Below are positions 17,327 to 19,290 of a stretch of DNA of 19,290 bases, piece by piece. The notes beneath the pieces are model-generated. The model did no database searches. It had not been told where the DNA came from and saw only the letters and a list, made by a program, of their open reading frames with translations. Position 1 is the first letter of the stretch. Every line of letters starts with the position of its first letter. Source of the DNA: Candidatus Altarchaeum sp. (GTDB taxonomy: Archaea; Altiarchaeota; Altiarchaeia; Altiarchaeales; Altiarchaeaceae); NCBI GenBank assembly GCA_018260615.1, contig JAGWDQ010000079.1, positions 1-19,290 of the forward strand. The letters run 5' to 3'. The position numbers and the translations under genes were made by a program.

Positions 17327-17647
17327 TTAAATTTCCGATGATTCGTCTTCTTCCTCTCCCACATCGTCAGCATACTCTGCAATTTCCTCTTCGGTACGTT
17401 CAGAAGCACCCTTTCCGTGAATCGTTCCTGAAATAACAACCCTGTAATAGAATGCCGTTCCTGCGGTCGGGCTTTTTCGGGTTATTTTTATTACATCGCC
17501 GGGTTTTGTATGTAATTCGGTTATTGCCGCATCAAATTCATAAATTTTCGGTAGTTTGTCCTTTGTTACATTATACTTATTCAATAGTTCTCCAACTTCT
17601 TTTTTTGTTATCACCTCGTGTTTGGGAATTAAAATGTGAGATACCAA
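17327..17647 (-). CDS. rpoH: RNA polymerase subunit H (Rpo5) with acidic C-terminal extension; TTG start
   Basis: HILIPKHEVI, KLPKI, PGDVIKITRKSPTAG...YYRVV; first gene of the conserved rpo operon. Confidence 0.93.
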   Translation of the reverse strand: MVSHILIPKHEVITKKEVGELLNKYNVTKDKLPKIYEFDAAITELHTKPGDVIKITRKSPTAGTAFYYRVVISGTIHGKGASERTEEEIAEYADDVGEEEDESSEI

Positions 17648-17754
17648 TTTAGAAAATTTTAACTTTTTAAATTTATAACTTTAATTTTTAGGGTTTATTA
17701 ATTAGAAGGAGATATAAATAAAGACCAAAAAATAAATGCCTGCATAAAATTTTT

Positions 17755-18579
17755 CTATCCTCTGAATAAAAAAATTTCACCTTTTCCCTGTTCGGCGAAG
17801 TCGCCGCTAAACCGTTCGTAATTTCCGAAAAACCGGGCATCCGTCTGAATGCCGTAATTTCGCAGTTCGGTTAAAAATAAATTTATGAATGAAAATTTTG
17901 CAATTGCATTTGATTTGAATGTCGGGAGTAAATTTGGTGAACCGGAATCCGGATTATGCATTGCGACTATGGTTCCGTCATGCATCTCGGCTCCCGCCCT
18001 TGCGCCTAAATTTCCAAAGCAAAATATTGTCCCGCCTTTTATATGAACGCCTGCAAAATTTCCGACATTTCCTTTAACAACAATTGTTCCCAAAGCCATA
18101 AATCTTCCGGCTTCATTACCAGCATTTCCTTCAATAATTATTATTCCTCCGTTCATTCCGGCATTGCTTCCGTAATATGCCCCGCCGGCAAAATTTCCCG
18201 CATTTCCGCTAACTTTTATCAGTCCGCTTTTCATTTCCGCTCCGAGCCAGTCGTCAGTATTTCCCTGAACTTCAATCGTTCCGCCTTCCATATATGCGCC
18301 AAGGTGCATTCCGGCATTTCCGTTAATTGTAATTTTTCCTTTTGTCATTCCCTTTCCGATTTCCCTGACCATTGATACATCGCCAACGATTAAAATTTCT
18401 TCATTTTCGTCTCCTTCTGTGTGAATCTCAAACAAATCCGCTAAATTTTTCCTTTGATTTCCGTGAAAAATTTCAATGTTCTTTATTTCGTCAACGGACT
18501 TTCCGGAAAATTTATCCGGGCTTATATTCTCTGCAAATACGGGAATGTTGCCTTCAAATTTCGGAACTAATTTTATCAT
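17755..18579 (-). CDS. fwdC: Formylmethanofuran dehydrogenase subunit C
   Basis: AENISPD, LADLFEI, repeated beta-helix units GxxMxxGxIxIxGNAG, C-terminal GDFAEQGKGEI. Confidence 0.88.
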   Translation of the reverse strand: MIKLVPKFEGNIPVFAENISPDKFSGKSVDEIKNIEIFHGNQRKNLADLFEIHTEGDENEEILIVGDVSMVREIGKGMTKGKITINGNAGMHLGAYMEGGTIEVQGNTDDWLGAEMKSGLIKVSGNAGNFAGGAYYGSNAGMNGGIIIIEGNAGNEAGRFMALGTIVVKGNVGNFAGVHIKGGTIFCFGNLGARAGAEMHDGTIVAMHNPDSGSPNLLPTFKSNAIAKFSFINLFLTELRNYGIQTDARFFGNYERFSGDFAEQGKGEIFLFRG

Positions 18580-18657
18580 TTTAGAGTTGTTAAAAAAATT
18601 ATAAAATTCTTTATGAATTATGATTTGATAATTTTTAAATATTATGTTGTTTGTATT

Positions 18658-18805
18658 AGAGTTGTTGCGAAATAGTTTATACGGGTTATTTTATACCATA
18701 CTAAAAATACTCGGAGTATTTTTAATAGACATGTTGCTTAATAAAATTTTTACCTTCAATTTTTACTAAAATTTACCCTCAAATCTCTTAAAAAGCAACA
18801 ACTCT
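18658..18805. mobile_element. 148-bp MITE with 11-bp perfect TIRs (AGAGTTGTTGC) and apparent ATT target-site duplication
   Basis: TIRs at 18658-18668 and 18795-18805; ATT at 18655-18657 and 18806-18808; internal 10-bp hairpin at 18702-18724. Confidence 0.65.
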
Positions 18806-18864
18806 ATTATAAATATTTCATCATAATCCGGGTTTCCCGCCCAAAAAATTGAAACAATCGTCAT

Positions 18865-19023
18865 CTATCCGTAAAAATTTCTAAACTTTTTCCTGATTTT
18901 TGGGCGTAATTTTTTCTGTTCAGAGTAATTGATATTCCCTGATTTTAAACACCTTTTTTCTGCGAGCTCATCATTTTGGAACAACTTTAAAATCTTCTCC
19001 TGATATGGTTTAAGGAGTATCAA
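18865..19023 (-). pseudogene. 52-codon ORF (TTG start), possible HTH remnant: MILLKPYQEKILKLFQNDELAEKRCLKSGNINYSEQKKLRPKIRKKFRNFYG
   Basis: Hand-translated; frame open from 19065 to 18865. Spacing of LxPxQxxIxxL...RKKFR resembles sigma-70 region 4. Weak support. Confidence 0.3.
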
Positions 19024-19088
19024 TTTTAAGATATCATTACCTGTGTTTTTTGGGAAAGATAGGATTTACTCAGTCCTATTCAATTTTC

Positions 19089-19290
19089 TCAATTATCGCC
19101 CCCCCAAAATTCCATCGGATTTAATCGTTCTGCGAGCTCTATCGCATGCTGTAATTTGTGAGCCGAGGAAGAATACAAGGTGAATAACGATTCATTGCTC
19201 CTTACAAAGTCCCCGACCGAAATTTTTAAATATATCCCTGCTTTTTTATCATAAGGCGCTCCCGCTGCTCTCGCAATCTGGGAAATTTTC
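19089..19290 (-). CDS. deoA: AMP phosphorylase (thymidine/pyrimidine-nucleoside phosphorylase family), 3' end only; runs off the window edge
   Basis: Hand-translated from 19289: KISQIARAAGAPYDKKAGIYLKISVGDFVRSNESLFTLYSSSAHKLQHAIELAERLNPMEFWGGDN*. IARAAGAPxDKxAGIYL is typical of the archaeal AMP phosphorylase C-domain. Confidence 0.82.
   Translation of the reverse strand, partial: KISQIARAAGAPYDKKAGIYLKISVGDFVRSNESLFTLYSSSAHKLQHAIELAERLNPMEFWGGDN

Noticed and set aside
18818-18974. Minus-strand ATGATGA motifs at 18818-18824 and 18968-18974 (the latter with CTGA 44 nt downstream)
   Set aside because: No recognisable D'/C' boxes and no terminal stem, unlike the 2770-2863 RNA.

Overview
AT-rich archaeal window. 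An unsplit rpoB, split rpoA'/rpoA'', an N-terminal-half carB and fwdC together suggest Ca. Altiarchaeum/Altiarchaeota; this is inference, as no search was run. The right half is a minus-strand housekeeping run: the 3' end of AMP phosphorylase, fwdC, rpoH-rpoB-rpoA'-rpoA''-rpl30e-nusA, and an unannotated 32-aa membrane ORF. It converges on a plus-strand speB-mazG pair. The left half is accessory: a tyrosine recombinase whose first catalytic Arg is replaced by Gly, a split carB, and a 4.4-kb island (2748-7159) bounded by 170-bp direct repeats (169/170 identical). Each repeat contains a well-formed box C/D (double kink-turn) RNA on the minus strand. The island carries a three-gene operon: a SAMHD1-like HD protein that has lost its metal ligands but keeps the guanine-reading allosteric triad, a small YwgA/Panacea-like protein, and a SAMHD1-like HD protein with intact catalytic residues but an altered allosteric triad. 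This looks like a split regulator/catalyst dNTPase system, possibly antiviral, integrated at a C/D sRNA gene, and is the main candidate for an undescribed system. Intergenic regions also hold a hairpin array, MITE-like elements and a duplicated rpoA' leader.
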